A DNA stretch of 64,000 nucleotides, taken from the sequence record ON529853.1. One strand, written 5' to 3'. Made by a program: the position numbers and the translations under genes. Position 1 is the first letter of the stretch; every line of letters starts with the position of its first letter. This document shows, in pieces, positions 1 through 9,408 of the stretch. The notes under the pieces are model-generated. The model worked only from the letters and a program-made list of their open reading frames with translations, was not told the origin of the DNA and ran no database searches.

Positions 1-251
1 CCATCCCCCAGGTCGTAGGCGTCCGCCCAGGCCGTCCACTCGCCGAAACGGCCCATCTCGTAGGGAGGCTCCGCCGGCCAGTCGCTCGGAAGGTAGCGCG
101 CCTCGGTGATAAAGGGCGCTTCGGCGTAGTTGCGCTGGTTGGCGAGAACGCCGTAAATGGCGTAGCTGGTCCATGCAGGCGTGAACCCGACCGGCTCCCA
201 CAGGCCTGCGCCGTTGCGTCGCTGCGCGATCAGTTTGATGAAAGCGCTCAT
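1..251 (-). CDS. phage hypothetical protein (3' truncated by window edge)
   Basis: Read by eye: MSAFIKLIAQRRNGAGLWEPVGF...; ATG overlaps stop of upstream ORF; not in ORF track. Confidence 0.7.
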   Translation of the reverse strand, partial: MSAFIKLIAQRRNGAGLWEPVGFTPAWTSYAIYGVLANQRNYAEAPFITEARYLPSDWPAEPPYEMGRFGEWTAWADAYDLGD

Positions 252-571
252 GACGACAGGCTCGCAAGAGCCTCTCGCGCCTTCCCGTACTCGATCTCCA
301 GGAGCCCGGCGATGTGCGTCTCAGGGTCGTATTGATGGGCGAAGTCCGGGTGGAACCAGAACCGGGCGTGGTCCGAAATCCCGTCCGGCTCGCGGTAGGT
401 CCAGAGCCCGCCATGACCCTGCATCAGTCCTTCCGACAGGCTGTAACCAGGGCGTCGCGTGACGCCGTCGAAATGTCCGCCGTCGATGTATCCGGGCATC
501 GCCGGACCCCCGAACGCCGCATAGATGGTCCGGAACATCAGACGTTCCTGGTTGGTGGCGTAGCGGATCAT
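248..571 (-). CDS. hypothetical protein
   Basis: 107 aa, stop/start overlaps with neighbours. Confidence 0.75.
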   Translation of the reverse strand: MIRYATNQERLMFRTIYAAFGGPAMPGYIDGGHFDGVTRRPGYSLSEGLMQGHGGLWTYREPDGISDHARFWFHPDFAHQYDPETHIAGLLEIEYGKAREALASLSS

Positions 572-993
572 GCGGCGGCCTCGAACAGGCGTTTCAAATC
601 ACGGACCGCGAGGCGCACCCCCCGTCGTGTCCAGACCGGGGTCCCGGCGTGCTCAGCCAGAAGCTGCGTGACCTGAGGGTCCCACGGCGACAGCCCCGCG
701 TTGAAGGTCCGGAAGAGGTCCCGCTGCGCCTTGAGGAAGGCGGAACCAGGCAGGCCGTATTCCTCGCGCACGAGGCCACACCAGAAATGCATCATCCGCT
801 GGACGTGTACGAAGTCGGCGCGATAGGCTTTGCGGGGATCGATGCAGCAGCGCCGGCCGTCCCATCCGGTCGCGGCGACCGCCTCACGGAACTCGCGCCG
901 AAGCCGCGCTTCGGCCGTGACGATCAACTCGCCCTGGAAGGTTTCGACCTGCGCCCGCAGGCGCGCCCAGGTGTCTTCGGAGACGGCGGTCAC
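568..993 (-). CDS. hypothetical protein
   Basis: Start re-called at GTG overlapping upstream TGA (MTAVSEDTW...). Confidence 0.7.
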   Translation of the reverse strand: MTAVSEDTWARLRAQVETFQGELIVTAEARLRREFREAVAATGWDGRRCCIDPRKAYRADFVHVQRMMHFWCGLVREEYGLPGSAFLKAQRDLFRTFNAGLSPWDPQVTQLLAEHAGTPVWTRRGVRLAVRDLKRLFEAAA

Positions 994-1205
994 GACGCTA
1001 ACCGGACCAGCCAGGCGATTGATCCCGTGACGCCCGCAAGCCCCCCGGCCAACAACACGGTGTAGAGGCCGTAGCGGACCCAAAGCCCGCAATCCCCACG
1101 ACCTTCTCCGCCGAAGCGCAAAACGCCGCCCACGCCCACGCAGACCAAACCCGTGAACAGGAGAATCGCGGCGATGCTGTAGTAAATCACTTCGTTCTGG
1201 GTCAT
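990..1205 (-). CDS. small membrane protein
   Basis: MTQNEVIYYSIAAILLF..., two hydrophobic segments. Confidence 0.7.
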   Translation of the reverse strand: MTQNEVIYYSIAAILLFTGLVCVGVGGVLRFGGEGRGDCGLWVRYGLYTVLLAGGLAGVTGSIAWLVRLAS

Positions 1206-1495
1206 GCGGTGGCCTCCCGCGCCAGGAACCGCCGCCTCGCCTCTCGCGCCTTCATCCCGCATTCGGTCGTGATGGAGCCGAACGGCTCCCCGTCGCCCTC
1301 CAGGCAGGCGTCCTCGTCGTTGGCGTAGCGGGCCAGGGCTTCGTCAACCAGGGCCAGTTCGGTTTCCAGTGCGGCGATGTGCGCCGCAGCGTCCTTGACG
1401 ACGGCCGGGCCGCGCCACTCGTCGCAGCCCAGTTTGCCGGCCTTGTCCAGGAAGTAGGCGGCGCGGGGTTTGATCAGATCAGGACCCATAGGCAT
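1202..1495 (-). CDS. hypothetical protein
   Basis: C-terminal part of ORF 1202..1855 (MPMGPDLIK...). Confidence 0.6.
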   Translation of the reverse strand: MPMGPDLIKPRAAYFLDKAGKLGCDEWRGPAVVKDAAAHIAALETELALVDEALARYANDEDACLEGDGEPFGSITTECGMKAREARRRFLAREATA

Positions 1496-2186
1496 CGCCC
1501 AGCTTGATCTCCAGATTGGCGTACACGGCCTCGGCGGCGGGCTTGAACCATTCGTGGCCGGGACGGAAGGCGTTGAAGTCGATCTCCGACCCGGTCTCGC
1601 GAGGCTGGAGCGCGGCGTTGTGCCACTCGTTCGGATCGATGCCGGCCTTCCGCGCCAGGGCGAACGAAATGCGGCGGATGGCGGACGAACGATGATCCAT
1701 GGAGCCGTGCTCCAGCGCCGACACCATGACCTCGACCAGATCGACCAGGGCCACAACCACCGCCGGGTCCGCTTCGGCGACGAAGTCGTTCTCTTCGCTG
1801 CCGTCGAAGGTGGCGATCCACCCACCGTCACGGTCCGCCAGATAGCCCGATTCATTGCCGTAGAGCGTGCGGGTGCGTTCGGTATGCTGCCAAGGGGTCG
1901 GCGACAGTTCCTGGGCGTCCTGGGCGGCCGCCCGCAAGCGGCGCAGGCGCGCCCGGTCGATCACGGTGTCGTCGGGTTTGTCGGCTGCGGGCGCGTAGCC
2001 GACCTGTCGGGCCGCCGCCGGCCCCAGCACCAGAGCATAGTGACGCGCGCAGACATAGGCCGTCAGGTTGTGACGGGAGGGGTTGGGGTCGTCGTGCGGG
2101 ATTTCCTCACCGATCTTGGCGACGGCGGGCGCGCCGCAGCGGCAGGTCTCGCCCTCGCAGGTGTTGGAGACAAAGGGCGCGCTCAC
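1479..2186 (-). CDS. Ead/Ea22-like domain phage protein
   Basis: GTG start overlapping upstream stop; SPTPW...FVAEADPAVVVALVD resembles the Ead/Ea22-like motif; N-terminal Cys/His cluster. Confidence 0.55.
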   Translation of the reverse strand: MSAPFVSNTCEGETCRCGAPAVAKIGEEIPHDDPNPSRHNLTAYVCARHYALVLGPAAARQVGYAPAADKPDDTVIDRARLRRLRAAAQDAQELSPTPWQHTERTRTLYGNESGYLADRDGGWIATFDGSEENDFVAEADPAVVVALVDLVEVMVSALEHGSMDHRSSAIRRISFALARKAGIDPNEWHNAALQPRETGSEIDFNAFRPGHEWFKPAAEAVYANLEIKLGDAYGS

Positions 2187-2722
2187 AGTTCCAGCCCCGC
2201 GCCAAACAGCACCGACTTGGCCCGCTCGATTTCGGGCGCGTCTTCCTGATCCTCGGCCAGCATGCCTTCGCCTACCGCCCAGTCCATCGTCGGATAGATG
2301 CTTTCCCATGCTGCGCCCCAGTCGTCGCCTTCGCCGGCGGCACGCGCCATCTCCATGGCCCATTGCGCCATGGGCAGGACGCCTTGCAGCGCCAGGGCGG
2401 CTTCGGTGGGTATCGGCACGCCCGTGATCCAGCCCTCCAACGCCAGGGCGTTGCCGCGCACGCGTTCGACCAGGGTGGGGTAGGACGAGGCGAGCGCGCC
2501 CGCCTCCTCGGCGTTGAAGCCTTGCAGGAAGACGTGCAGGTCGCACAGGTCGCTGTAAGTCTCGCGGATGTGCTCCTCCTGGACCGCGATGACGGCGCGG
2601 GCGCGCTCCAAGGAGGAATCGGTCGTGATCCCCAAGAACTGAGCCTTATCGGCGCCCTCGGCGTCGAGGATTTCCCAAGCGAGCGGGTCGATGATGCGGG
2701 CCAGGCGTTCGGTCGGGTTCAT
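2183..2722 (-). CDS. hypothetical protein
   Basis: 179 aa, overlap-coupled. Confidence 0.75.
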   Translation of the reverse strand: MNPTERLARIIDPLAWEILDAEGADKAQFLGITTDSSLERARAVIAVQEEHIRETYSDLCDLHVFLQGFNAEEAGALASSYPTLVERVRGNALALEGWITGVPIPTEAALALQGVLPMAQWAMEMARAAGEGDDWGAAWESIYPTMDWAVGEGMLAEDQEDAPEIERAKSVLFGAGLEL

Positions 2723-3138
2723 TGCGCAGCCTTCCAGATGGCGTCTTTGTTGGCGGCGTGCAGGCGCGGCGCCAGGGTGTCTTCAATCGCGGCGTAGATG
2801 ACGTAGCGGCTGGCGTCGTTGAGCCCTGCGCTGTCCCCGAAGCATTGCTTCGTGTTGGCGCAGACCGCCACACCCCAGGCCCCGTTCGGCCACCAGACCG
2901 ACAAGGAGCCGTCGGAGCGGGCCGCCATATACGGGTCGATCTCCCATCGATCAGGGCGTTCACGGATGTCGCGGGCGACCGCCACGGCGGCGGGATCGGG
3001 TTTGATCCAGAAGGGGTATATCAGCCCCTGCTTAGCCGTGAAAACGGCGATGCACACCACCATGCTGCCGAGGCAAAGGAAGGCGAAGGCGCTGAAAAAG
3101 ACGTTATACGCTTTGCTGGAATCTCGCCCATACGTCAT
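2719..3138 (-). CDS. membrane-anchored hypothetical protein
   Basis: N-terminal TM segment VFFSAFAFLCLGSMVVCIAVF. Confidence 0.75.
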   Translation of the reverse strand: MTYGRDSSKAYNVFFSAFAFLCLGSMVVCIAVFTAKQGLIYPFWIKPDPAAVAVARDIRERPDRWEIDPYMAARSDGSLSVWWPNGAWGVAVCANTKQCFGDSAGLNDASRYVIYAAIEDTLAPRLHAANKDAIWKAAQ

Positions 3139-3413
3139 GGGATGACCTCGCGAATCAGTGCGGCGGCGCGCCGGTAAATGGTGTCGTGCGGCGCGCCTTC
3201 ACGCGCGGTGCGGTCGATCGTGTCGGCGATATGGTCGAGGATGGCGGCGACCGCGTGTCGCTCTTCAGGGGCGTCATGGTCGTTCGCCAGAAGCTGCAAA
3301 GCGCGCCGGTAGACGTTGGTGGCGCGATAACGCACGTCCATCTGAAGCGCCTTGAAGATGAAGACTTCGGCGATGTCGCCGCAGCGCTGCGGCGTCACGT
3401 AGAGGAGTGTCAC
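3135..3413 (-). CDS. hypothetical protein
   Basis: 92 aa, overlap-coupled. Confidence 0.7.
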   Translation of the reverse strand: MTLLYVTPQRCGDIAEVFIFKALQMDVRYRATNVYRRALQLLANDHDAPEERHAVAAILDHIADTIDRTAREGAPHDTIYRRAAALIREVIP

Positions 3414-3787
3414 CGTTGGAGGTCCTCGTAGGCGCCGAGACGGCAGCCCGCATGGAAGATCGTTCCGTTGCGGGTCCGCGCCATGTTGGGTTCCAGGTCT
3501 TCCGCCGAGGTCATCAGAAACTCGCAGCCCGTTTCGGGTTGGGTGATGATGTAGATGGTGCCCTCGCCCCCTGACGGATACCGGACGGTGAAGGTCCGAA
3601 CGGCTCCGGGCGCGGGCGCCGTCGTGACGGTGCGCCCCAAGGGGGCCGGCTTGGCTTCCGCCGCTGCCGGCTCCGGGCTACACCCCTCCAGGGCCACGCT
3701 CGCGCCGAGCAAGGCCGCCAACATCAACACACCCACGGCGCGACGGCTGAAGAAAAAAGCGCTCAAGGCGTCAACCGGATCACGCAT
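3410..3787 (-). CDS. putative lipoprotein
   Basis: RR + hydrophobic stretch + LEGC lipobox-like site; IITQPETGCEFL motif. Confidence 0.65.
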   Translation of the reverse strand: MRDPVDALSAFFFSRRAVGVLMLAALLGASVALEGCSPEPAAAEAKPAPLGRTVTTAPAPGAVRTFTVRYPSGGEGTIYIITQPETGCEFLMTSAEDLEPNMARTRNGTIFHAGCRLGAYEDLQR

Positions 3788-3983
3788 GGCGGCGCCTCCC
3801 CAGGCAATGAAAGAACAGTCCCACCACGACGGCGGTCAGACCCGCCGTCACCTGGGTCTCGATGGTCAGGGCGCGCGTTACGCCGAACAGCGGCAGCACG
3901 GCGTAGAGAGCCGCCACCCCTGAAACGGCCACGAAGAAGAGGGCAGCAGCGAGCGACAGCCCGGCAAAGACGCGATCGACCAT
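3780..3983 (-). CDS. small membrane protein
   Basis: MVDRVFAGLSLAAALFF..., two TM segments. Confidence 0.7.
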   Translation of the reverse strand: MVDRVFAGLSLAAALFFVAVSGVAALYAVLPLFGVTRALTIETQVTAGLTAVVVGLFFHCLGRRRHA

Positions 3984-4177
3984 CAGCGCTTGCCGAAGTC
4001 CACCGAGATGACGCGGCCGGAAACCCCCGTCACCTGAGGATGACGCTCGCGCGTCGCGGCCTTCTGGCGCGCCGCGATGGTTTCGTGGGCCTTGTCGATG
4101 GCGCGGGCGGCCTTGGACGCCGGGCGCAGCAGCGTCCCCAGGGTGTATTCCAGGTCGGGTTCGAAGGTGTTGCTCAT
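3983..4177 (-). CDS. hypothetical protein
   Basis: 64 aa, TGATG coupling. Confidence 0.65.
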   Translation of the reverse strand: MSNTFEPDLEYTLGTLLRPASKAARAIDKAHETIAARQKAATRERHPQVTGVSGRVISVDFGKR

Positions 4178-4863
4178 CAGTCCGCGCTCCTCGCCAGTGC
4201 AGCGGCCTCAGCCTCTGCGAATTCCGTTTCGTCGAACCGATCACGCAGATAGGTCCGCATTTCTTCACCGACCCGCGACAGGCGCACGCCCTCCGGGGTC
4301 ATCGGATCGGCGATCACGAGCCCCTTCATCTGGAGATACTTCAGCGTGCGGTCGTAACTCATCGCCGGGCGACTTGATTGCTCGATCGCCTTGGCAAGGC
4401 CGACCTCCGGCATCAAGCGGATGACCTGCCGGACCTCCAACCCGAGCATGACGGCGCGGCCGTACATCAGCGAATCTTCATCCCGGACGCGCGCGGCCTC
4501 GGCGACAGCGTCAGAGGCGCCGCGCATGTTCATTTCGGCCAGAGAGCGCAGCATGGTGCGAGCGAGGGTATTGGACTGTTCGGCGGCCTCGACCTGTTCG
4601 GGGAGAATCCGATACGCCGACCAGACTTCCATCCCGAAGTGGATGTAGTCGCGTCCGCTGTCCGGGTCGATCGTGCCGTCAGAGTTCAAGCCGGCCGACC
4701 CCTGGACGCGGAACCGCGCCGTCTGCATGAGCCCGCGCCACAGGCGCGCATCCTCCAACGCCTCCATGACCGTCTCCAGGGCGGCGTAGGGCACGTTCGC
4801 CATATTCTCGACGGCCGTGCGCAGTTCGGCTTCGGCGGCGTTCAGTTCAATGGTCTGGGTCAT
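4177..4863 (-). CDS. hypothetical protein, possible C-terminal winged helix
   Basis: GGAGGACCC RBS; first gene after promoter. Confidence 0.75.
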   Translation of the reverse strand: MTQTIELNAAEAELRTAVENMANVPYAALETVMEALEDARLWRGLMQTARFRVQGSAGLNSDGTIDPDSGRDYIHFGMEVWSAYRILPEQVEAAEQSNTLARTMLRSLAEMNMRGASDAVAEAARVRDEDSLMYGRAVMLGLEVRQVIRLMPEVGLAKAIEQSSRPAMSYDRTLKYLQMKGLVIADPMTPEGVRLSRVGEEMRTYLRDRFDETEFAEAEAAALARSAD

Positions 4864-4893
4864 GGGTCCTCCGTGGCGTCGTCATCTGGTCGC

Positions 4894-4919
4894 GTAAAGG
4901 AACCTCCCGCGACTGTCAA
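4894..4919 (-). promoter_or_regulatory. conserved early promoter (TTGACA-N11-TTCCTTTAC)
   Basis: Plus strand gtaaaggaa-N11-tgtcaa; 17-nt spacer to TAC-type -10. Confidence 0.8.
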
Positions 4920-4989
4920 TGGTGCTGGCAATCGACGCCGTTGTTTTTCACACCGGCTTGAGGCCGCTACCCGGCAAAGCTGTTCCAGG

Positions 4990-5565
4990 TCATAGGCCCT
5001 CCTTGGCGATGCGGTTTTCCAGAAGCTGGAGCAGGTAGAGGTAGGCGTCGAAGTCGGTCAGCACCGGCTGGGTCGGCGTCCCGTCGATTTTTACATAGAC
5101 CCATTCCGGGTCGCCCTCGGCTTCGAAGGGTCGGTTGTCGCGCTGGTAGATCATGACATGCAGGGCGTGGTGGACCTTCTCCACCAGCTTGCGCGCGCCC
5201 ATCCGTGTCAGGCTGGCGTAGCTGAAGCGGACATTCGCCTTATGCGCGTCGCCCATGCCTTTCGGATAACCGACATAGGGCTCCCAGGGCAGGGACAGCT
5301 TGATCAGGTAGAAGAGGTAGCGCAGCGCCACCAGGCGCCCGCCAAGCATCTCGTCCCCACGCAACACGAGAACGGTCGTCCAGATATGCTCGCCGTAGTG
5401 ATGGCGCGCCGCTTCGTCGTAGTCGGGGGCCAGGGAATGCGGGTCGCGGTGCGCTTGCACGCCCAGGCGCAGCGCCGAAAGCAGTTGCGCACGGCTCATC
5501 GCCTTCAGGTCGTCCACCTGATAGGCGAGGACGTGCCGCTGCCAAGGCTCTCGGCTGTAGGTCAA
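4990..5565 (-). CDS. hypothetical protein
   Basis: TTG start overlapping upstream TGA (MTYSREPWQ...). Confidence 0.7.
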   Translation of the reverse strand: MTYSREPWQRHVLAYQVDDLKAMSRAQLLSALRLGVQAHRDPHSLAPDYDEAARHHYGEHIWTTVLVLRGDEMLGGRLVALRYLFYLIKLSLPWEPYVGYPKGMGDAHKANVRFSYASLTRMGARKLVEKVHHALHVMIYQRDNRPFEAEGDPEWVYVKIDGTPTQPVLTDFDAYLYLLQLLENRIAKEGL

Positions 5566-5756
5566 AGCGTGGAACCCCCGTCTTCGTCCAGATTGGACCA
5601 CCATTCGCCGATCGTGCCGCGACTCAAAGCCTCGACCATCTCTGCGGTCAGGGTGCACCCGGTCCCGCGTTCGCTGGCGCGCTTCATGCGCCGCAGCGCG
5701 TCGCCCTGGAGTCGCAGCACCCGAGCGTTCTCCGCCCGCCAGTCCTCCATCATCAC
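5562..5756 (-). CDS. hypothetical protein
   Basis: 64 aa, coupled. Confidence 0.65.
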   Translation of the reverse strand: MMMEDWRAENARVLRLQGDALRRMKRASERGTGCTLTAEMVEALSRGTIGEWWSNLDEDGGSTL

Positions 5757-6553
5757 CAGTAGGCCGTGACGCTGCGATGCTCGGGGAAGTGGGCGTCGAG
5801 CCAGACCAGGGCCTCGGCCTTCAGCGGCTCCTCGGCGATCTCGTGGTCGCGGTAGGCCATGGGCTCACACTGGTAGGTGCCGGTCTCGAACACGAAGGCG
5901 TCGCCGGCGCGATCCTTGACCCCGAAGCCCTTGGCGTAGGCCTGCGGCTGCGGCTGCTGGTCATCCGGCAGCGGCTCTTCGACCTCGCGCATTTCGTAGC
6001 GCGGCGCCGGCTCATAGCGTTCGCCGTAGAAGCCGTCCAGGTCATCAGGGTAGAAACGCCCGGCGGCCTGGACCCACTCGGAATCATAGGCGGAGGCGTG
6101 GCGCGCGCGGTTTTCGTCCTTGATCCTGACCTTGCGCTTGACCTTCTGGGTCAGCGTCGCGGGGCGGTGGAGCAGCCACCAGTTCTCGGGTCGCACCTCT
6201 TCGATCTCGAAGCGGGTCAGGAAGTAGAAGCTGGCCCAGCGATCGTGGGAGGAGCCCTTGTAACCCAGTTGGCCCCGGACGCGGCCCTGGGCGTCCACGG
6301 CGTGCGAATACATGTAGTGGTCGGTCGACACCAAACCCCAGCCGGCCGGCGCCGTCACCTCGGTGAACAGGTCGTCGATGACCTCGCCGACGGTGAAGCC
6401 CAGGGCCTCAAGATCGACGCGGTTCTCCGCGACCGCGACGAACGCGGTCGGCAGGCGGTTCAGGTCACGCGGCTTGGTCGCGTGGGTCACCGTGTCAGGC
6501 CCCGTCAACAGGGTGGCTAGGGCTTCCTCTTGGATGCTCAACAGGGTCGACAT
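5753..6553 (-). CDS. conserved phage hypothetical protein
   Basis: APAGW..STDHYMYS..DAQGRVR..YK..DR motif; GGAGGACCCC RBS. Confidence 0.75.
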   Translation of the reverse strand: MSTLLSIQEEALATLLTGPDTVTHATKPRDLNRLPTAFVAVAENRVDLEALGFTVGEVIDDLFTEVTAPAGWGLVSTDHYMYSHAVDAQGRVRGQLGYKGSSHDRWASFYFLTRFEIEEVRPENWWLLHRPATLTQKVKRKVRIKDENRARHASAYDSEWVQAAGRFYPDDLDGFYGERYEPAPRYEMREVEEPLPDDQQPQPQAYAKGFGVKDRAGDAFVFETGTYQCEPMAYRDHEIAEEPLKAEALVWLDAHFPEHRSVTAYW

Positions 6554-6573
6554 GGGGTCCTCCTCGGCGGTGA

Positions 6574-6903
6574 TCAGCGGCGTGTAAAGGAATGTTTAGC
6601 GTCAGTCAAGCCGTAGTCGTTGGTCGCCTGCACGCGATCAGCATATTTGAGCCCCGTGTTGAGCAGGGCTTCCAGATGATAGGCCTGCCCCTGGGCCAAA
6701 CCGCGCCGCACCACGTATTCGTTTCGGCGCGGTCGCCCTTTCGATTCGTCGTGGACGTAGGCGACGCCGTTGAGCAAGACAACGGCGTAGCTATACCAGG
6801 GGTGGACGCGCCGCCGGCGCTCGACGTAGGCCTGCAAGCTGGCGCCGAGCACCAGCAGCAACAGGACGGCGTAGCCGGCGTTGAACAGGGCATGTCCCGT
6901 CAC
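6574..6903 (-). CDS. membrane-anchored hypothetical protein
   Basis: GTG start overlapping upstream stop; N-terminal TM segment. Confidence 0.6.
   Translation of the reverse strand: MTGHALFNAGYAVLLLLVLGASLQAYVERRRRVHPWYSYAVVLLNGVAYVHDESKGRPRRNEYVVRRGLAQGQAYHLEALLNTGLKYADRVQATNDYGLTDAKHSFTRR
6584..6609 (-). promoter_or_regulatory. conserved early promoter
   Basis: gtaaaggaa-N11-agtcaa. Confidence 0.8.
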
Positions 6904-7643
6904 AGGTAGCGCGCCCCGGCGTTCATCCGGCGTTCGGCGGCCTCGGCGCGATCGAACCAAGGCTCGGCCATCAGTTCGCCCGTCTCACCCGGATAGGTGC
7001 TGGACAGGTCGAGCCCCGCCGCGCGGCAGGCGCGGACATAGTCCTCCAGGGCGATCGGTCCGGCGCTGTAGTCGCTGCGCGGACGGCTCCCCGCCAGGGC
7101 GAGCCGGGCATGATAGTGGGCTTGCTGGAACAGCGGCGTGTTCTCGCGTTCGTGCAGCACCAGTTCAGTGGCGGTGAGGCCGCCCAGGAACAAGGCTTGG
7201 AGAATGCGGCCGCGCGCGCCCTCGATCGTCAGGCCGCTGAGGAAGTCGCCCAGAAGGGTGCCGGCCTGGTTGGGGCTGATGCACAGGAAGGGTCCGCCCT
7301 CCTCCGTATCCCAGGAGACGTTGGCGAAGGGCTTGCCTTCCCAATCCTCGGGCCAGTTTTCCGGCGTCTCCGCCAGCGGCGCCTCGATCTGCGTGATCTG
7401 GGCCAAGGCGGCGTCGACGGCGCTCTGACGGGCGATCAACGGCCCCTCGATCGTCTCCACCCGGCGCTGCTCGTCCAGCATGCCGTCGAACGGGTCAACC
7501 GCCAGGGTCTTGAGCCCCAGCGCGGTCATGATCTTCTGAGCGGCCTCGCCTCGCACGCGGTCGGGGTCGTCTGCCGGCTGGGCGTAGGGGCAGAACAGGC
7601 GCAAAGCCTGCTTCAGTTCGGCGGTCGGTACGGTCGTGTCCAT
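6900..7643 (-). CDS. hypothetical protein
   Basis: GGAGGACCCG-ATG (MDTTVPT...). Confidence 0.75.
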   Translation of the reverse strand: MDTTVPTAELKQALRLFCPYAQPADDPDRVRGEAAQKIMTALGLKTLAVDPFDGMLDEQRRVETIEGPLIARQSAVDAALAQITQIEAPLAETPENWPEDWEGKPFANVSWDTEEGGPFLCISPNQAGTLLGDFLSGLTIEGARGRILQALFLGGLTATELVLHERENTPLFQQAHYHARLALAGSRPRSDYSAGPIALEDYVRACRAAGLDLSSTYPGETGELMAEPWFDRAEAAERRMNAGARYL

Positions 7644-7668
7644 CGGGTCCTCCATCGTTGGCCTACGC

Positions 7669-7694
7669 GTAAAGGAACGAAATGCGGTTGTCAA
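7669..7694 (-). promoter_or_regulatory. conserved early promoter
   Basis: gtaaaggaa-N11-tgtcaa. Confidence 0.8.
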
Positions 7695-7735
7695 CCACCT
7701 CGACATTAGCCCTGAAAAGTGTCAGGTAAACGGAC

Positions 7736-8272
7736 ATGACCCAGTTGTGCCGCTACCACGTCGACCAGATCGAAATCACCGACCACCAGGAAGCGCGTCT
7801 TCCGCAGTCGGATGAATGGGCCTTCCCGATCTTCATCAACCACTCCAGGGAGATGGACGCGACCTACCTCCTGGGGGTCTGGCGCGACAGTGTGCGGCTG
7901 GATGATCGACCGGGGCAGTCGGCGCCGCATGACCCGGCGGCGGTCGCGGCGGCCCTGGAGGCCTGGTCGGCGTCCTGGAACGGCCGGTTTTTCCAGAAAC
8001 GGTTGAACGCCGTCCCCTTCGACGACGACCTGAAAACCACGCCGGGCCTGGAACGGCTGGCGATCACCCTGTTCATCCAGGATCGGGAGTTCGACGGACC
8101 TTACGAGGTCAGCGAGACGGAGGAAGGGAGCGAGATTTATCGCGCTGCTGACCCGAACGCCGTCACCTTGGTGACGGTGAACTACCTGGAGGACGAGAGC
8201 CTGGAGAACCATCAGGCGCGCGTGTCGGAGGTCATGCGCGGCATGGCCTGGGCGCTCATGAATCCCCTGTAG
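7736..8272 (+). CDS. acidic hypothetical protein (rare plus-strand gene)
   Basis: 178 aa, fills a gap in the minus-strand run; high GC3. Confidence 0.8.
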   Translation: MTQLCRYHVDQIEITDHQEARLPQSDEWAFPIFINHSREMDATYLLGVWRDSVRLDDRPGQSAPHDPAAVAAALEAWSASWNGRFFQKRLNAVPFDDDLKTTPGLERLAITLFIQDREFDGPYEVSETEEGSEIYRAADPNAVTLVTVNYLEDESLENHQARVSEVMRGMAWALMNPL

Positions 8273-8450
8273 GCGGCTCCAGCCACGACCCGAACTCGAA
8301 GACGCCAGGGCAGATTTCCCCGTCACGGCCCCGGTGTCGCCGGGGGAAGCGTTCGGAGCCATCCCCCTTATGGCGACCCAGGCGCGGCAGGCGCCCGTTC
8401 GCGGTCTGCTTGCCGCAGACGACGCACTGCACGATCAGCCAGATCGCCAT
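8256..8450 (-). CDS. small Cys-containing protein
   Basis: CxxC ... H..C; coupled start. Confidence 0.55.
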   Translation of the reverse strand: MAIWLIVQCVVCGKQTANGRLPRLGRHKGDGSERFPRRHRGRDGEICPGVFEFGSWLEPPTGDS

Positions 8451-8905
8451 CAGTCGTCCCGGTCAGCCCCCGGCTTGAGCCGCCAGGTGGCGACGGCGCC
8501 GTGCCGGGCGCCCATCAGGTTGTTCCTGCGCTCCGCCTTCTCGGCGTTGACCAGGATGCCGAGCATGCCTTGCAGCATCGCCGCACTGCTGCGCTCACCC
8601 CAGCGGCGGTGCAGGGCCACGATGTCTTCCCAGTCGTCGGACAGGATGCCGAGGGCTTCCAGAGCCAGCGGCGGGATCGCGTCCTCGGCCAGGCGTCGCG
8701 GCGGGCTCGTCGCCTCGCGCAGCGCCTTCTGGTGTTCGGCCGGCAGGCCGTAGAGCGCGACGAGGCCGTCGCGCAGCAACCTCGCCTGATGGCTCGACAG
8801 GTCGAGGGTGAAGTCGCCCAGACCGATCTCGCAGCGCCCGCTGCGATCGATCGACATGCCGCAGTCGCCGTGCGGGCGCAAACGCCCTGTGAATCCAGCG
8901 GTCAT
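8450..8905 (-). CDS. hypothetical protein
   Basis: ATG overlapping upstream stop (MTAGFTG...). Confidence 0.7.
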   Translation of the reverse strand: MTAGFTGRLRPHGDCGMSIDRSGRCEIGLGDFTLDLSSHQARLLRDGLVALYGLPAEHQKALREATSPPRRLAEDAIPPLALEALGILSDDWEDIVALHRRWGERSSAAMLQGMLGILVNAEKAERRNNLMGARHGAVATWRLKPGADRDD

Positions 8906-9351
8906 GCCATCTTCCAACGATAGGTCGGCGACCCCGCGCCCGTGGGCTTCGGGTTCTCCTCAATACGCCCTTCCGCCATCAGTGTGGCGATCGCGCGGTT
9001 CAAGCGCGGCGTCGGAATGCCGGCCTCGCCCATGGAATCGTGAATTTGCAGCGGCGTGCGCCAGAACCCGCGAATGTGCTTCGCGACCGTCTCGACGTCC
9101 TGAACGGCGACCGACACCAGGCCCATGCGCCCCAGCCATTCCTTGTAGCGCAGGTCGCAGGCGGCCTTGGCCTGCTCCACCGTCTTGAACTCGTCGGTGC
9201 GGAAGGGCTGGCTGTTGACGTAGTCGTAGACCGTGACCACCTCGCCGACCTTCTGGATGTCGAACACCGACGGGCCGGCGTGACCGTTCAGGTCCACGGC
9301 GCAGCCGTGCGCCTCGTTCTTGTGTTCCGCTTGCCAGATCAGCGCGCCCAT
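8902..9351 (-). CDS. protein with putative C-terminal winged-helix
   Basis: GGAGG RBS; ...RLNRAIATLMAEGRIEE...TYRW. Confidence 0.65.
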   Translation of the reverse strand: MGALIWQAEHKNEAHGCAVDLNGHAGPSVFDIQKVGEVVTVYDYVNSQPFRTDEFKTVEQAKAACDLRYKEWLGRMGLVSVAVQDVETVAKHIRGFWRTPLQIHDSMGEAGIPTPRLNRAIATLMAEGRIEENPKPTGAGSPTYRWKMA

Positions 9352-9382
9352 ACGGCCCTCCATGAATGTCGTTGAGGGTGAT

Positions 9383-9408
9383 GTAAAGGAATGATCTGCG
9401 GCTGTCAA
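9383..9408 (-). promoter_or_regulatory. conserved early promoter
   Basis: gtaaaggaa-N11-tgtcaa; -35 contains stop of 9405..9647. Confidence 0.8.

Noticed and set aside
6606-6893. Alternative ORF ending at the -35 TGA of promoter 6584
   Set aside because: Implausible composition; the overlapping frame 6574..6903 has a TM segment and coupled start, so it was not counted among the -35/stop overlaps
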